Source of the DNA: Nannocystis pusilla | Lineage (GTDB): Bacteria > Myxococcota_A > Polyangia > Nannocystales > Nannocystaceae | DNA length: 64,000 nt | Assembly (NCBI RefSeq): GCF_026626665.1 | Contig: NZ_JAPNKE010000002.1 | Location: forward strand, 3,693,168 to 3,757,167 | Direction: 5' to 3' | Shown here: positions 32,256 to 41,632 of the stretch, piece by piece | How the letters are laid out: each line of letters starts with the position of its first letter | Position numbering within the stretch: position 1 is the stretch's first letter | Translations under genes and position numbers: made by a program | Notes under the pieces: generated by a model | Database searches by the model: none | Told to the model about the DNA's origin: nothing | What the model saw: only the letters and a program-made list of their open reading frames with translations

Positions 32256-33652
32256 TCGTGGGCGCCGGGCCCAACGGCCTGGCCGCCGCCGTCACCCTGG
32301 CCAGCGCGGGCCGCTCGACGCGGGTGGTCGAGGCCGGCGCGACCCCGGGCGGCGGCTGTCGCTCGGCCGAGCTCACCCTGCCCGGCTTCGTCCACGATCC
32401 GTGCGCCGCGATCCACCCGCTCGGCCTGGCCTCGCCGTACTTCCGCACCCTGCCGCTGGCGCGTCACGGCCTCTCGTGGATCGAGCCGCCGACCCCGCTC
32501 GTGCACCTGCTGGCCGACGGCCGGGCCGTGCGCCTCGAGCGATCGATCACCGCCACCGCGCAGCAGTTCGGCGCCGACGCTCAGGCCTGGTGCGACCTCG
32601 TCGCTCCGTTCGCCGAGCGCTTCGACGCCCTGCTGCCGATGCTCCTCGGCCCGCTGCGCTGGCCCGCCGAACCGCTGCTCCTGGCCCGCTTCGGCGCGTA
32701 CGGCCTGCGGTCGATGCAGGGCCTCGCGCGGCGGTTCACCGGCGAGCCCGCGCGCGCCTTGCTGGCCGGCATCGCCGCCCACGCGATGGTCCCGCTGGAC
32801 GCCCCTGCCACCGCCGCCTTCGCCCTGGTGCTGACGGTGGCCGCGCACGCGGTGGGCTGGCCGCTCGCCCGCGGCGGCTCGCAGGCGATCGTCGACGCCC
32901 TCGTCGCGCACCTGCGCGAGCTCGGCGGCGAGCTCGAGCTGAACCACGAGGTCGCCCACATCTCCGAGCTGCCGCCGGCCCGCGCTTATTTGTTCGACGT
33001 CTCGCCGCGGCGCCTGGCCACCATCACCGCCGGCCGCCTGCCCTCGGCCTACCTGCGCCGGCTCGGCCGCTTCCGCTACGGCCCCGGCGTCTACAAGCTC
33101 GACTGGGCCTTGCGGGCGCCGATCCCCTGGCGCGATCCGGCCTGTGCGCGCGCCGGCACCCTCCACCTCTCGGGCTCCCTCGCGGCCGTCGCCGACACCC
33201 TCGTCCAGGTCCATCGCGGCGCCGTCGCGGCCGAGCCGTTCGTGTTGCTCGCGCAGCCGAGCCTGTTCGACGCCGGCCGCGCACCGCCGGGCATGCACAC
33301 CGCCTGGGCTTACTGTCACGTGCCGCACGGCTCGGCCATCGACGTCGGCGCGCGGATCGAGGCCCACATCGAGCGCTTCGCCCCCGGCTTCCGCGACGTC
33401 GTCCTCGCCCGCTCGGCCCGCACCGCCGTCGACATCGCCCGCTACAACCCCAACTACGTCGGCGGCGACATCAACGGCGGCCTCGCGGACCTGCGCCAGC
33501 TGTTCTTTCGCCCGCTCGTCCGCGCCGATCCGTACACCACCCCCGCACCCGACATCTTCCTCTGCTCGTCGTCGACGCCACCCGGCGGCGGCGTCCACGG
33601 GATGTGCGGCCACGGCTGCGCGCGCAGCGTGCTCGCGCGGGTGTTCGCGTGA
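32228..33652 (+). CDS. FAD/NAD(P)-binding oxidoreductase of the phytoene-desaturase (CrtI/amine oxidase) family
   Basis: N-terminus [22 protein letters not shown] is a dinucleotide-binding motif. C-terminus ...[10 protein letters not shown]. Overlaps the upstream SDR gene by 28 nt. Confidence 0.7.
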   Translation: MARDAYDAVIVGAGPNGLAAAVTLASAGRSTRVVEAGATPGGGCRSAELTLPGFVHDPCAAIHPLGLASPYFRTLPLARHGLSWIEPPTPLVHLLADGRAVRLERSITATAQQFGADAQAWCDLVAPFAERFDALLPMLLGPLRWPAEPLLLARFGAYGLRSMQGLARRFTGEPARALLAGIAAHAMVPLDAPATAAFALVLTVAAHAVGWPLARGGSQAIVDALVAHLRELGGELELNHEVAHISELPPARAYLFDVSPRRLATITAGRLPSAYLRRLGRFRYGPGVYKLDWALRAPIPWRDPACARAGTLHLSGSLAAVADTLVQVHRGAVAAEPFVLLAQPSLFDAGRAPPGMHTAWAYCHVPHGSAIDVGARIEAHIERFAPGFRDVVLARSARTAVDIARYNPNYVGGDINGGLADLRQLFFRPLVRADPYTTPAPDIFLCSSSTPPGGGVHGMCGHGCARSVLARVFA

Positions 33653-33670
33653 TCGATCACCCTGTCGGGC

Positions 33671-34477
33671 ATGACCCGGATCCTGTCCCTCAACCTCGGC
33701 GGCTACGGCGATCGGCACGGCCCGTGGAGCGCTCGCCGGCCGCTCGTCGCCGCCATGCTCGCCGAGCAGCGGCCCGACCTCGTCGCCTTGCAGGCGGTCG
33801 CGCGCGACCCGGCGATCGAAGGCGGCAGCGACCAGGCGAGCCAGCTCGCGCGCGACGTCGGCGGCTACGAGGTCGTCTGGCGCCCCGCCGCGGCGGACAC
33901 CGACGGCCGTGAGCTCGGCCTCGCCTTGCTGTCGCGGGCGCCCGCGCTGGCCGTGCACGTCCGCCCGCTGACGCGCCGCCGCGACGCCGACGATCCCTTC
34001 GACCGCGTCCTGCTGCACGGCGTCTTCCCGTGGCCGCGCGGCCCGCTGCACGTCCTGTGCGCCCACCTGTCGTGGACCGAGGCGCAGGCCCGCGACAACG
34101 TCGGCGAGGTCCTCGGGTACCTCGCCGCGGTCCCCGGCCCCAGGCTCCTCCTCGGCGACTTCAACCAGACGCCCACCAGCGACGCGCTCGCCCGCCTGCT
34201 GGAAGCCGGCCTCGTCGACGCCTGGGCTGCGCGGTGCCCCGACCTCCCGGGTCACACCTTTTACGAGCGCGGCGCCCTGCGCAAACGCATCGATTATCTG
34301 CTGCTCGATCGTCAGCTCGCCGCGCGGCTCTGCGACGTCTCGCTCGTCCTCGACGGTCCGGGCGAGCGACGGGCCTCCGATCACGCCGGCCTGCTCGCGC
34401 GGCTCGCAAGCGGCGACGAGCGAGCCGACGTCATGGAATCGACGGACCAGGGTTTCCGCCAGCCCGCGCCCCGCTGA
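33671..34477 (+). CDS. endonuclease/exonuclease/phosphatase (EEP) family protein
   Basis: MTRILSLNLGG...PDLVALQAV...LLGDFNQTP...SDHAGLLARL. Confidence 0.7.
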   Translation: MTRILSLNLGGYGDRHGPWSARRPLVAAMLAEQRPDLVALQAVARDPAIEGGSDQASQLARDVGGYEVVWRPAAADTDGRELGLALLSRAPALAVHVRPLTRRRDADDPFDRVLLHGVFPWPRGPLHVLCAHLSWTEAQARDNVGEVLGYLAAVPGPRLLLGDFNQTPTSDALARLLEAGLVDAWAARCPDLPGHTFYERGALRKRIDYLLLDRQLAARLCDVSLVLDGPGERRASDHAGLLARLASGDERADVMESTDQGFRQPAPR

Positions 34478-34568
34478 CCGCAATCGGCGCAGTCGGCGAC
34501 AATCACAGGACCCCGCGATATGCATCGACCGGGCGGGATTCGACTGGCCCCCTCCGATCGACCGTGTC

Positions 34569-35051
34569 ATGAACGGCCCGATGATCGAAACCGCTCAAGA
34601 CCCCACCATCTACCAGGTGATCCGCGAGCAGCACCGCGCCGTCGCGGAGCTGCTCGCCGAGCTGTCGCGCGAGCGGGACGTCGCGCGGGGGCAGCAGCTG
34701 TTCGGCCAGGTCCGCGACGCGCTCGAGCGCCACGCGCGGGCCGAGGAGGCCGTGTTCGACGACATCCTCGCCCAGCAGGACGCGCAGGGCAAGGCGCTGG
34801 TCAAGGACGCCGAGCGGGACCACGCGCAGGTCCGGCAGCAGCTCGCCGAGCTCGAGGCGATGCGGGCCGACGACGCCAAATGGGCGACGAAGGTCGAGGC
34901 GCTCACCCGCAGCGTCACCGATCACGTCGCGTTCGAGGAGAGCACGATCTTCGCCGCGGTCGAGGCCATCCTCGACGACGATCAGGCGCGCACCCTCGCC
35001 GAGACCTTCGAGGCGCTCGAATCACGGGTCGAGCCCGAGGCCGCCGCGTGA
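34569..35051 (+). CDS. hemerythrin-like domain protein
   Basis: IYQVIREQHRAV...LERHARAEEAVFDDIL...DHVAFEESTIFAAV, an H/E/D-rich four-helix pattern. Confidence 0.65.
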   Translation: MNGPMIETAQDPTIYQVIREQHRAVAELLAELSRERDVARGQQLFGQVRDALERHARAEEAVFDDILAQQDAQGKALVKDAERDHAQVRQQLAELEAMRADDAKWATKVEALTRSVTDHVAFEESTIFAAVEAILDDDQARTLAETFEALESRVEPEAAA

Positions 35052-35096
35052 TCGTCCGACTGTGATGATTCGCGGTTCGCCGGGCAGAGGTCGCCG

Positions 35097-36174
35097 ATGA
35101 GCGGAGTCGTATCACCGGAGTTCGTGCTCGCCTCGCGGGAGCCGGACCTGCGTGCGCGGATCGGCGGCCAGGTCCGCTCGCCGCGCGAGGTCGTGGTCAT
35201 GCGCGCCTTGCCGGGCCTCGGCGACTTCCTGTGCGCCACCCCGGCGCTGCGGGCCCTGCGAGCCGCGCTGCCGCGGGCCAGGATCACCCTCCTGGGCCTC
35301 GCCGGGGCCCGCGAGCTCGTCGCCCGCTACCCGCACCTCGTCGACGACCTGCTCGAGTTCCCCGGCTTCCCCGGCCTGCCCGAGACCCCCGCCGACGTGC
35401 GCGCCCTGCCCGACTTCCTGCGCGCGGTCCAGGGCCGCTTCGACCTCGCCCTGCAGATGCACGGCGACGGCCTCGTCAGCAACATCTTCGTCCAGCTGCT
35501 GGGCGCGCGCGAGCGCCGGCTTCTACGCCCCGCCGCAGCCGTGCCCCGATCCCGCGACCTTCGTGCTCTACCCCGGCGACTTCGCGGAGCCGCGGATCCT
35601 CCTCGCCTTGCTCGCCGCGCTCGGCATCGAGGCGCGCGGCGAGCGGCTCGAGTTCCCGCTCGCGCCGGACGACGCGCACCAGTGCGACGCATTGCTGCAG
35701 GCCGCCGGCCTCGCGCCCGACGCCGCGTTCGCGATCGTCCACCCCGGCGCCGCCGAGCCGCACCGCCGCGTCGACCCCGGCGTCCTCGCGCAGGTCGCCG
35801 ACGGCCTCGTGACCCGCGGCCTCGCGGTCGTCCTCACCGGCGCCGCCGACGAGGCCGACCTCGCCGCCGCGGTCCGCCGCCACGCCCAGCGCGACCTCGT
35901 CGATCGGGTCGGCCGCACCGGCCTCGGCTCGCTCGGCGCCCTGGTCGCGCGCGCTCGCCTCGTCGTCGCCGGCGACACCGGCGTCTCGCACCTCGCCAGC
36001 GCGCTGTGTACCCCGAGCGTCGTCGTCTTCCGCAGCACCGCCCCGGGCCGCTGGGCGCCCCTCGATCGCGTGCGTCACCGCGTCGTCGACGCCCGCGTGG
36101 TCGCGCCGACGGCCGCGGCGATCCTCGCCGAGGCCGACGCCGCCCTGTTCCTCGCGGGGGTGGATCGTGCTTGA
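35097..36174 (+). CDS. GT9-family glycosyltransferase (ADP-heptose heptosyltransferase-like); frameshift near 35515
   Basis: N-domain [23 protein letters not shown]-domain [24 protein letters not shown]. Confidence 0.65.
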
Positions 36175-36688
36175 CCCGCGGGTCGCCCTCCGCCGCGCTC
36201 GCCGGCTGCTCGTCGTCCCGCCCGCGGCCGGCTGCGACGAGCTCGGGCCGGCGCTCGTGCGCCTGCGCGTCGCGGTGCCGCAGGCGAAGGTGGTCCTGCT
36301 GGCCGACGCGCGCGCGGCCGGGCGCGTCGCCGCCTTCGTCGACCAGGTCGTGCCGGCCGGCGCCCTGACGCGGTTCGACGCCCCGCACCTCTCGACCCTG
36401 GTCGAGCGGCTGGCCGCAGCGCGCCTCGACGCCGCCCTGGTGTTCACGGCCGCCGGCGAGACCGCCTTCGAGGTCGCCTACCTCGCCTATCTCGCCGGCA
36501 TCCCGGTGCGCGCCGGCTTCGCCGGCGAGTTCGGCGGCGGCGTGCTGGCGCCGGCCGTCCCGCCCCCGTCGGCCCGCGTCATCGGTCCGGGGCGTCACCT
36601 CTCCCTGCTCGACGCGCTCGACCTGAGCGCGGCTCTCGCCCCCGCGAGCGCGAAAGCGAGGCCCTCGTGCGACGACTCCGCGTCCTGA
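36167..36688 (+). CDS. GT9 N-terminal-domain-only protein; possibly fused to the downstream GT4 by a frameshift
   Basis: GTG overlaps the upstream stop. Matches only the N-terminal Rossmann half of heptosyltransferases. It ends 20 nt into the next ORF in another frame. Confidence 0.4.
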   Translation: MLDPRVALRRARRLLVVPPAAGCDELGPALVRLRVAVPQAKVVLLADARAAGRVAAFVDQVVPAGALTRFDAPHLSTLVERLAAARLDAALVFTAAGETAFEVAYLAYLAGIPVRAGFAGEFGGGVLAPAVPPPSARVIGPGRHLSLLDALDLSAALAPASAKARPSCDDSAS

Positions 36689-37630
36689 CCTGGCACGTTC
36701 ACGGCAGCTACCTCTACTACCTCACCCAGGCCCCGCACGAGTTCTACCTGCCCGTAAAGCCAGGTCGTCCCGAGGGCTACGGCGGGCGCAGCGGCAGCTT
36801 CCCCTGGGGCGCCAACGTCCACGAGGTCCCGGTCGAAGCCGTCGCCCAGCAGCCATTCGACGTCGTCCTGTTCCAGTCGCGCCGCAACTACGAGTGCGAT
36901 CAATTCGAGGTCCTCGGCGCCGCCCAGCGCCGCCTGCCGCGCGTCTACCTCGAGCACGATCCGCCGCGCGAGTCGCCGACCGACACCCGCCACCCCGTCG
37001 ACGACCCCGACGTCTTGCTCGTCCACGTCACCCCGTTCAACGCCCTGATGTGGGACGCCGGGCGCACCCCCGTGCGGGTCGTCGAGCACGGCGTCGTCGT
37101 CCCCGACGACGCCGTCTACAGCGGCGAGCTCGCGCGCGGCGTCGTCGTCGTCAACGACCTCGCGCGGCGCGGGCGACGGCTCGGCCGCGACGTGTTCGAC
37201 CGCGTGCGCGCCCACGTCCCGCTCGACCTCGCCGGCATGGACTCGGCCGCGCTCGGCGGCCTCGGCGACCTGCCGCTGGGCGAGCTCCACGCCCGGCTCG
37301 GCCGCTACCGCTTCTTCTTCAACCCGATCCGCTACACCAGCCTCGGCCTGGCCGTGTGCGAGGCGATGATGATCGGCCTGCCGATCCTCGGCCTCGCCAC
37401 CACCGAGATGAGCACCGCCGTGCAGCGCGGCGTCAACGGCTACGTCGAGACCGACCTCGACCGCCTGCTCGCGCACATGCGGCGCCTGCTCGCCGATCCG
37501 GCCGAGGCCGCCGAGCTGGCCGCCGGCGCGCGGCGGATCGCCCGCCAGCGGTTCGGCATCGCCCGCTTCGCCGCCGACTGGTCGCGGATCCTGGGCGAGG
37601 TCACAGGCTGTCCCGAAGGACATCTAATAA
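36667..37630 (+). CDS. GT4-like glycosyltransferase; 3' end unresolved
   Basis: [19 protein letters not shown]...EAMMIGLPILG.... Frame 1 has no stop until 40098 and runs into a 78-bp repeat array with atypical codon usage. A +1 shift near 37595 would end at the double stop TAATAA (37625-37630). Confidence 0.5.
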
Positions 37631-38040
37631 CCCACGCTCGCGGATGTCCCGAGAGCCAGGTCGGAGCCCCGGCCGAGGTCACCGGGTGTCCGGATGGACA
37701 TGCCACCGCCCACGCCACGGGATGTCCCGAGAGCCAGGTCGGAGCCCCGGCCGCTCTCCAAGGATGTGCCGATGGACCTGCCATCGCCCACGCCACGGGA
37801 TGCCCCGAAAGCCAGGTCGGAGCCCCGGCCGATATCCCCGGATGTCCCGATGGACTAGCCACCACCGGCGCCACGGAATGTCCCGAGAGCCAGGTCGGAG
37901 CCCCGACCGACCTCCCCGGATGTCCCGATGGACAGGCTATCGCCCCACCCGGCTCCCCGGCATGTCCCGGAGACCAGGTCGGCCCCCTGGCCGGGATCAC
38001 CGCCTGTCCCGCGGGACAGGCCCCGGAGCCCCCCGGAGGA
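37598..38040. repeat. tandem array of ~5.6 copies of a 78-bp unit (one copy 84 bp) between the two GT4 genes; each unit carries GGATGTCCCGAGAGCCAGGTCGGAGCCCCGGCC and GTCCGGATGGACATGCC-like motifs; ends in the perfect palindrome CCTGTCCCGCGGGACAGG (37999-38016)
   Basis: Direct repeat boundaries at 37598, 37675, 37753, 37831, 37909 and 37993. GC3 of the in-frame reading is far below the local coding norm (gga/tgt/gat/cat codons). Confidence 0.7.
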
Positions 38041-38044
38041 CCGC

Positions 38045-39916
38045 GTGAAGCCGCTGCCGTTCGAGACCGGCGCCGGCGTCGGCCATTCGCAGAGCCCGCT
38101 GCGGATCGCCATGATCAGCGAGCACGCCTCGCCGCTCGCCCCGCTCGGCGGGCGCGACAGCGGCGGCCAGAACGTCTACGTCGCCCAGGTCGCGCGCCAC
38201 CTCGGCCGCCTCGGCCACCGCGTCGACGTGTTCACCCGCCGCGACAGCCCGACCTTGCCGGCGGTCGTCGAGCTGGCCGACGGCGTGCGCGTGATCCCGG
38301 TCGACGCCGGCCCGCCCGCGCCGCTGGCCAAGGAGTCGCTGCTGCCGCTCATGCCTGCCTTCACCCGCGAGGTCGCGGCCCACGCCCGGCGCGAGCGCTA
38401 CGACCTCGCGCACGCCAACTTCTTCATGAGCGGCCTCGTCGCCGCCGAGCTCAAGCGCGAGCTCGGCGTCCCGTTCGCGGTCACCTTCCACGCGCTCGGC
38501 AAGGTCCGGCGGCAGCACCAGGGCCAGGCCGACGGCTTCCCCGACGAGCGCTTCGCCATCGAGGCGCGGGTCGTCGGCGAGGCCGACCTGATCGTCGCCG
38601 AGTGTCCGCAGGACGAGGTCGACCTCATGACCCTCTACGCGGCCGACCCCGAGAAGCTGGTCATGATCCCGTGCGGCTTCGACCCCGAGGAGTTCTGGCC
38701 CGGCGGTCGCGCCGAGGCCCGCGCCGCGCTCGGCCTCGCCGACGGCGACCGCGTCGTCTTGCAGCTCGGGCGCATGGTCCCGCGCAAGGGCGTCGACAAC
38801 GTCATCCGCGCGCTCGCGCGGCTGCCGGGCGAGCTGCGCGCGCGGCTCGTCGTCGTCGGCGGCGAGTCGCGCCGGCCCGACCCGGCCCTCACCCCCGAGA
38901 TCGGCCGATTGATGGCGGTCGCCCGCGACGAGGGCGTCGCCGATCGCGTCACCTTCGTCGGCAGCCGCGGCCGCGGCGAGCTGCGCGACTACTACGTCGC
39001 CGCCGACGTATTCGTCAGCACCCCCTGGTACGAGCCGTTCGGCATCACCCCGCTCGAGGCCATGGCCTGCGGCGTCCCGGTCGTCGGCGCCAACGTCGGC
39101 GGCATCGCCCACACCGTCGCCCACGGCGAGACCGGCTACCTCGTCCCGCCGAGCGACCCCGACGCCCTGGCCGACAAGCTCGCCCTCGTGCTGTCGCAGC
39201 CGCGCCTGGCCCGGCGCCTGGCCCAGCTCGGCCTGCAGCGCGTCCACGCGTTGTTCACCTGGGAGAAGGTCGCCGCCCGCCTGGCCGACGCCTTCGCCGC
39301 GGCCGCGGGCCGGCGCCCCGCCCAGGCCCCCACCGCCGCCTTCGCCGCGGTCGATCGCGGCTTCGACGACCTCCTCGCGGTGCTCTCGCGCGCCAAGACC
39401 TGCCTGCGCGACGACATCGTCCGCGCCGCCGACCTCGTCAGCGGCGCCTTTGCCCGCGGCGCCAAGGTGCTCGTGTGCGGCAACGGCGGCAGCGCCACCG
39501 ACGCCCAGCACTTCGCCGCCGAGCTCGTCGGCCGCTTCCTCGCCCCCGACCGCGCCGCCTTGCCGGTCATCGCCCTCAACGCCGACACCGCGGTCCTGAC
39601 CGCGTGGGCCAACGACGTCGGCTACGCCGACGTGTTCGCCCGCCAGGTCCGCGCCTACGGCCGCCCCGGCGACGTGGTGTTCGGCATCTCGACCAGCGGG
39701 CGCTCGGCCAACGTCGTCGCCGCCCTCAAGACCGCGCGCGACTGCGGCCTGCGCACCTTCGCCTTGCTCGGCGGCACCGGCGGCGAGGCCGGCGATCTCG
39801 CCGACTGCGCCCTCATCGTCCCCTCCCCCGACACGCAGCGCATTCAGGAGGTCCACACATTGGCCCTCCACCTGATCTGCGAATTGGTCGAGGCGCGGGT
39901 GGCCCCGTCGTCCTGA
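38045..39916 (+). CDS. bifunctional GT4 glycosyltransferase (MshA-like) fused to SIS-domain sedoheptulose-7-phosphate isomerase (GmhA)
   Basis: RBS ggagga then GTG 38045 (alternative ATG 38111). GT4: LRIAMISEHASPL...GGQNVYV...EPFGITPLEAMACGVPVV. C-terminal SIS: VCGNGGSATDAQHFAAELVGRF...GISTSGRSANV. Confidence 0.75.
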   Translation: MKPLPFETGAGVGHSQSPLRIAMISEHASPLAPLGGRDSGGQNVYVAQVARHLGRLGHRVDVFTRRDSPTLPAVVELADGVRVIPVDAGPPAPLAKESLLPLMPAFTREVAAHARRERYDLAHANFFMSGLVAAELKRELGVPFAVTFHALGKVRRQHQGQADGFPDERFAIEARVVGEADLIVAECPQDEVDLMTLYAADPEKLVMIPCGFDPEEFWPGGRAEARAALGLADGDRVVLQLGRMVPRKGVDNVIRALARLPGELRARLVVVGGESRRPDPALTPEIGRLMAVARDEGVADRVTFVGSRGRGELRDYYVAADVFVSTPWYEPFGITPLEAMACGVPVVGANVGGIAHTVAHGETGYLVPPSDPDALADKLALVLSQPRLARRLAQLGLQRVHALFTWEKVAARLADAFAAAAGRRPAQAPTAAFAAVDRGFDDLLAVLSRAKTCLRDDIVRAADLVSGAFARGAKVLVCGNGGSATDAQHFAAELVGRFLAPDRAALPVIALNADTAVLTAWANDVGYADVFARQVRAYGRPGDVVFGISTSGRSANVVAALKTARDCGLRTFALLGGTGGEAGDLADCALIVPSPDTQRIQEVHTLALHLICELVEARVAPSS

Positions 39917-39928
39917 ATCATGGCCCCC

Positions 39929-40171
39929 GGAGGACCGATGACCCGCGTGTTCGCATCATCCCTCGCCACGACCGACCGCTCGGACCTCTGCATCGAATCA
40001 TCGCCATCGGAGGACCGATGACCCGCGTGATCGCATCTCTCGTCACCCGCGGCGGCTCCGGCCCCTGCATCGAATCATCGCCATCGGAGGACCGATGACC
40101 CGCGTGATCGCATCTCTCGTCACCCGCGGCGGCTCCGGCCCCTGCATCGAATCATCGCCATCGGAGGACCG
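39929..40171 (+). repeat. three tandem copies (80, 77, 77 nt) of the RBS + start codon + first ~20 codons of the downstream SDR gene; they form a chain of three ATGA-overlapping mini-ORFs (27, 26, 26 aa)
   Basis: ggaggaccgATGacccgcgtgatcgc... recurs at 39929, 40009 and 40086. The authentic gene starts at 40172. Each mini-ORF stop, TGA, overlaps the next ATG. Confidence 0.75.
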
Positions 40172-40912
40172 ATGACCCTCGTGATCGAATCACCCCTCGC
40201 GGACAAGATCGTCCTCGTCACCGGCGGCGGCTCGGGCCTCGGCGCCGAGATCGGTCGCACCCTCGCGGCCGCCGGCGCCCACGTGATCGCCGCCGACATT
40301 CAGACCGGCCCGCTCGCCCGCCTCGTCGCCGAGGTGCGCGACCTCGGCGGCCGCATCGAGGCGGCGGAGCTCGACGTCCGCGACGCCGACGCCGGCCAGG
40401 CCTTGGTCGACGGCATCGTCGCCCGCCACGGCCGGCTCGACGTCCTCGTCAACAACGCCGGCACCGACAAGACCTTGGCGGTCGACGAGCTCAGCGTCGA
40501 CGACATCGACCGCGTCCTCGCCGTCAACCTGCGCGGCCCGTTCGTCCTCAGCCGCGCCGCCTTCCCGCGCCTGCGCGCCCAGGGGGGCGGCTACATCGTC
40601 AACATCGTCTCGACCGCCGCCAAGCGGGCCTGGCAGAACGCCAGCGCCTACCACGCCAGCAAGTGGGGCCTTTTGGGCCTCTCGCACGCCCTGCACGTCG
40701 AGGGCCGCCCATTCGGCATCAAGGTCACCGCCCTGCTGGCCGGCGGCATGCGCACCCCCTTCATCCTCGACCGCTTCCCCGACACCCCGATCACCAACCT
40801 TCAGGACCCGCGCAACGTCGCCGAGACCATCCGCTTCCTCCTCGCCATGCCCGGCGAGTCGGTCATCCCCGAGCTGATGGTCGTGCCGATGCGCGAGACG
40901 AGCTGGCCATGA
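40172..40912 (+). CDS. classical SDR-family oxidoreductase
   Basis: VLVTGGGSGLGAEIG, NNAG, YHASKWGL. Intact. Overlaps gmhB via ATGA. Confidence 0.8.
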   Translation: MTLVIESPLADKIVLVTGGGSGLGAEIGRTLAAAGAHVIAADIQTGPLARLVAEVRDLGGRIEAAELDVRDADAGQALVDGIVARHGRLDVLVNNAGTDKTLAVDELSVDDIDRVLAVNLRGPFVLSRAAFPRLRAQGGGYIVNIVSTAAKRAWQNASAYHASKWGLLGLSHALHVEGRPFGIKVTALLAGGMRTPFILDRFPDTPITNLQDPRNVAETIRFLLAMPGESVIPELMVVPMRETSWP

Positions 40913-41553
40913 CCCGCCTCCGCCCCGCCGCCTTCCTCGACAAGGACGGCACCCTCATCGACGACGTCCCCTACAACGTCGACCCCGCCCACGTCCGCCT
41001 CACCCGCGGCGCCCGCGACGGCGCCTGGTCGCTGCGGGCCGCCGGCTACGCCCTCGTCGTCGTCACCAACCAGTCCGGCGTCGCCCGCGGCCTGTTCGGC
41101 GCCCACGACCTGCTCGGCGTCCAGGCCCGCGTCGAGGACCTCCTCGGCCTCGAGCTCGACGGCTTCTACTGGTGCCCGCACCTGCCCGCCGGCGTCGTCG
41201 CCGAGTACGCGATCGTCTGCGCCTGCCGCAAGCCCGCCCCCGGCCTGCTCACCCGCGCCGCCGCCGAGCTCGGCCTCGACCTCGCGCGCTCGTGGATGAT
41301 CGGCGACATCGCCAGCGACATCGAGGCCGGCCGCCGCGCCGGCTGCCGCACCGCCCTGCTCGCCGCCTCGCCGCCCCCGGCCCTGCGCCCCGCGCCCACC
41401 CTCGTCGCCGCCGACCTCGCCGAGGCCGCCCGCCGGATCGTCGGCGACGCCGCCCGCAGCGACCACGACGAGCACCCCGCGCCCCCGCCTGAGCGCCCGC
41501 GATGCTCTCTCGCAGCTCACGCTCGCCGGTCCTTAAAGACATGTCCTCCATGA
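40909..41553 (+). CDS. gmhB: D-glycero-D-manno-heptose 1,7-bisphosphate phosphatase (HAD family)
   Basis: AAFLDKDGTLI...VVVTNQSGVARG...CPHLP...CRKPAPGLL...MIGDIASDIEAG. Confidence 0.75.
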   Translation: MTRLRPAAFLDKDGTLIDDVPYNVDPAHVRLTRGARDGAWSLRAAGYALVVVTNQSGVARGLFGAHDLLGVQARVEDLLGLELDGFYWCPHLPAGVVAEYAIVCACRKPAPGLLTRAAAELGLDLARSWMIGDIASDIEAGRRAGCRTALLAASPPPALRPAPTLVAADLAEAARRIVGDAARSDHDEHPAPPPERPRCSLAAHARRSLKTCPP

Positions 41554-41587
41554 CATGTCCAAAAACGAATGTCCGAACGGACATGTT
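41538..41587. promoter_or_regulatory. cluster of four GACATGTCC-type motifs spaced 14 bp apart, including the inverted repeat ATGTCCG-aa-CGGACAT, in the AT-richer gmhB-hldE intergenic region
   Basis: agACATGTCCtccatgACATGTCCaaaaacgaATGTCCgaacGGACATgttc seen directly in the sequence. It lies upstream of the hldE ATG at 41633. Confidence 0.45.
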
Positions 41588-41632
41588 CTCAAAGGCATGG
41601 TTTAGAACACACCATCACCCGGAGCGCCCGCG

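Noticed and set aside
36667-40098. Single 1143-aa ORF spanning GT4, the 78-bp repeats and the whole GT4-GmhA gene in another frame
   Set aside because: This is read-through typical of high-GC DNA. A well-defined gene with RBS and domain homology occupies frame 2 from 38045. Beyond ~37610 the frame-1 translation is low-complexity R/P/A-rich nonsense.
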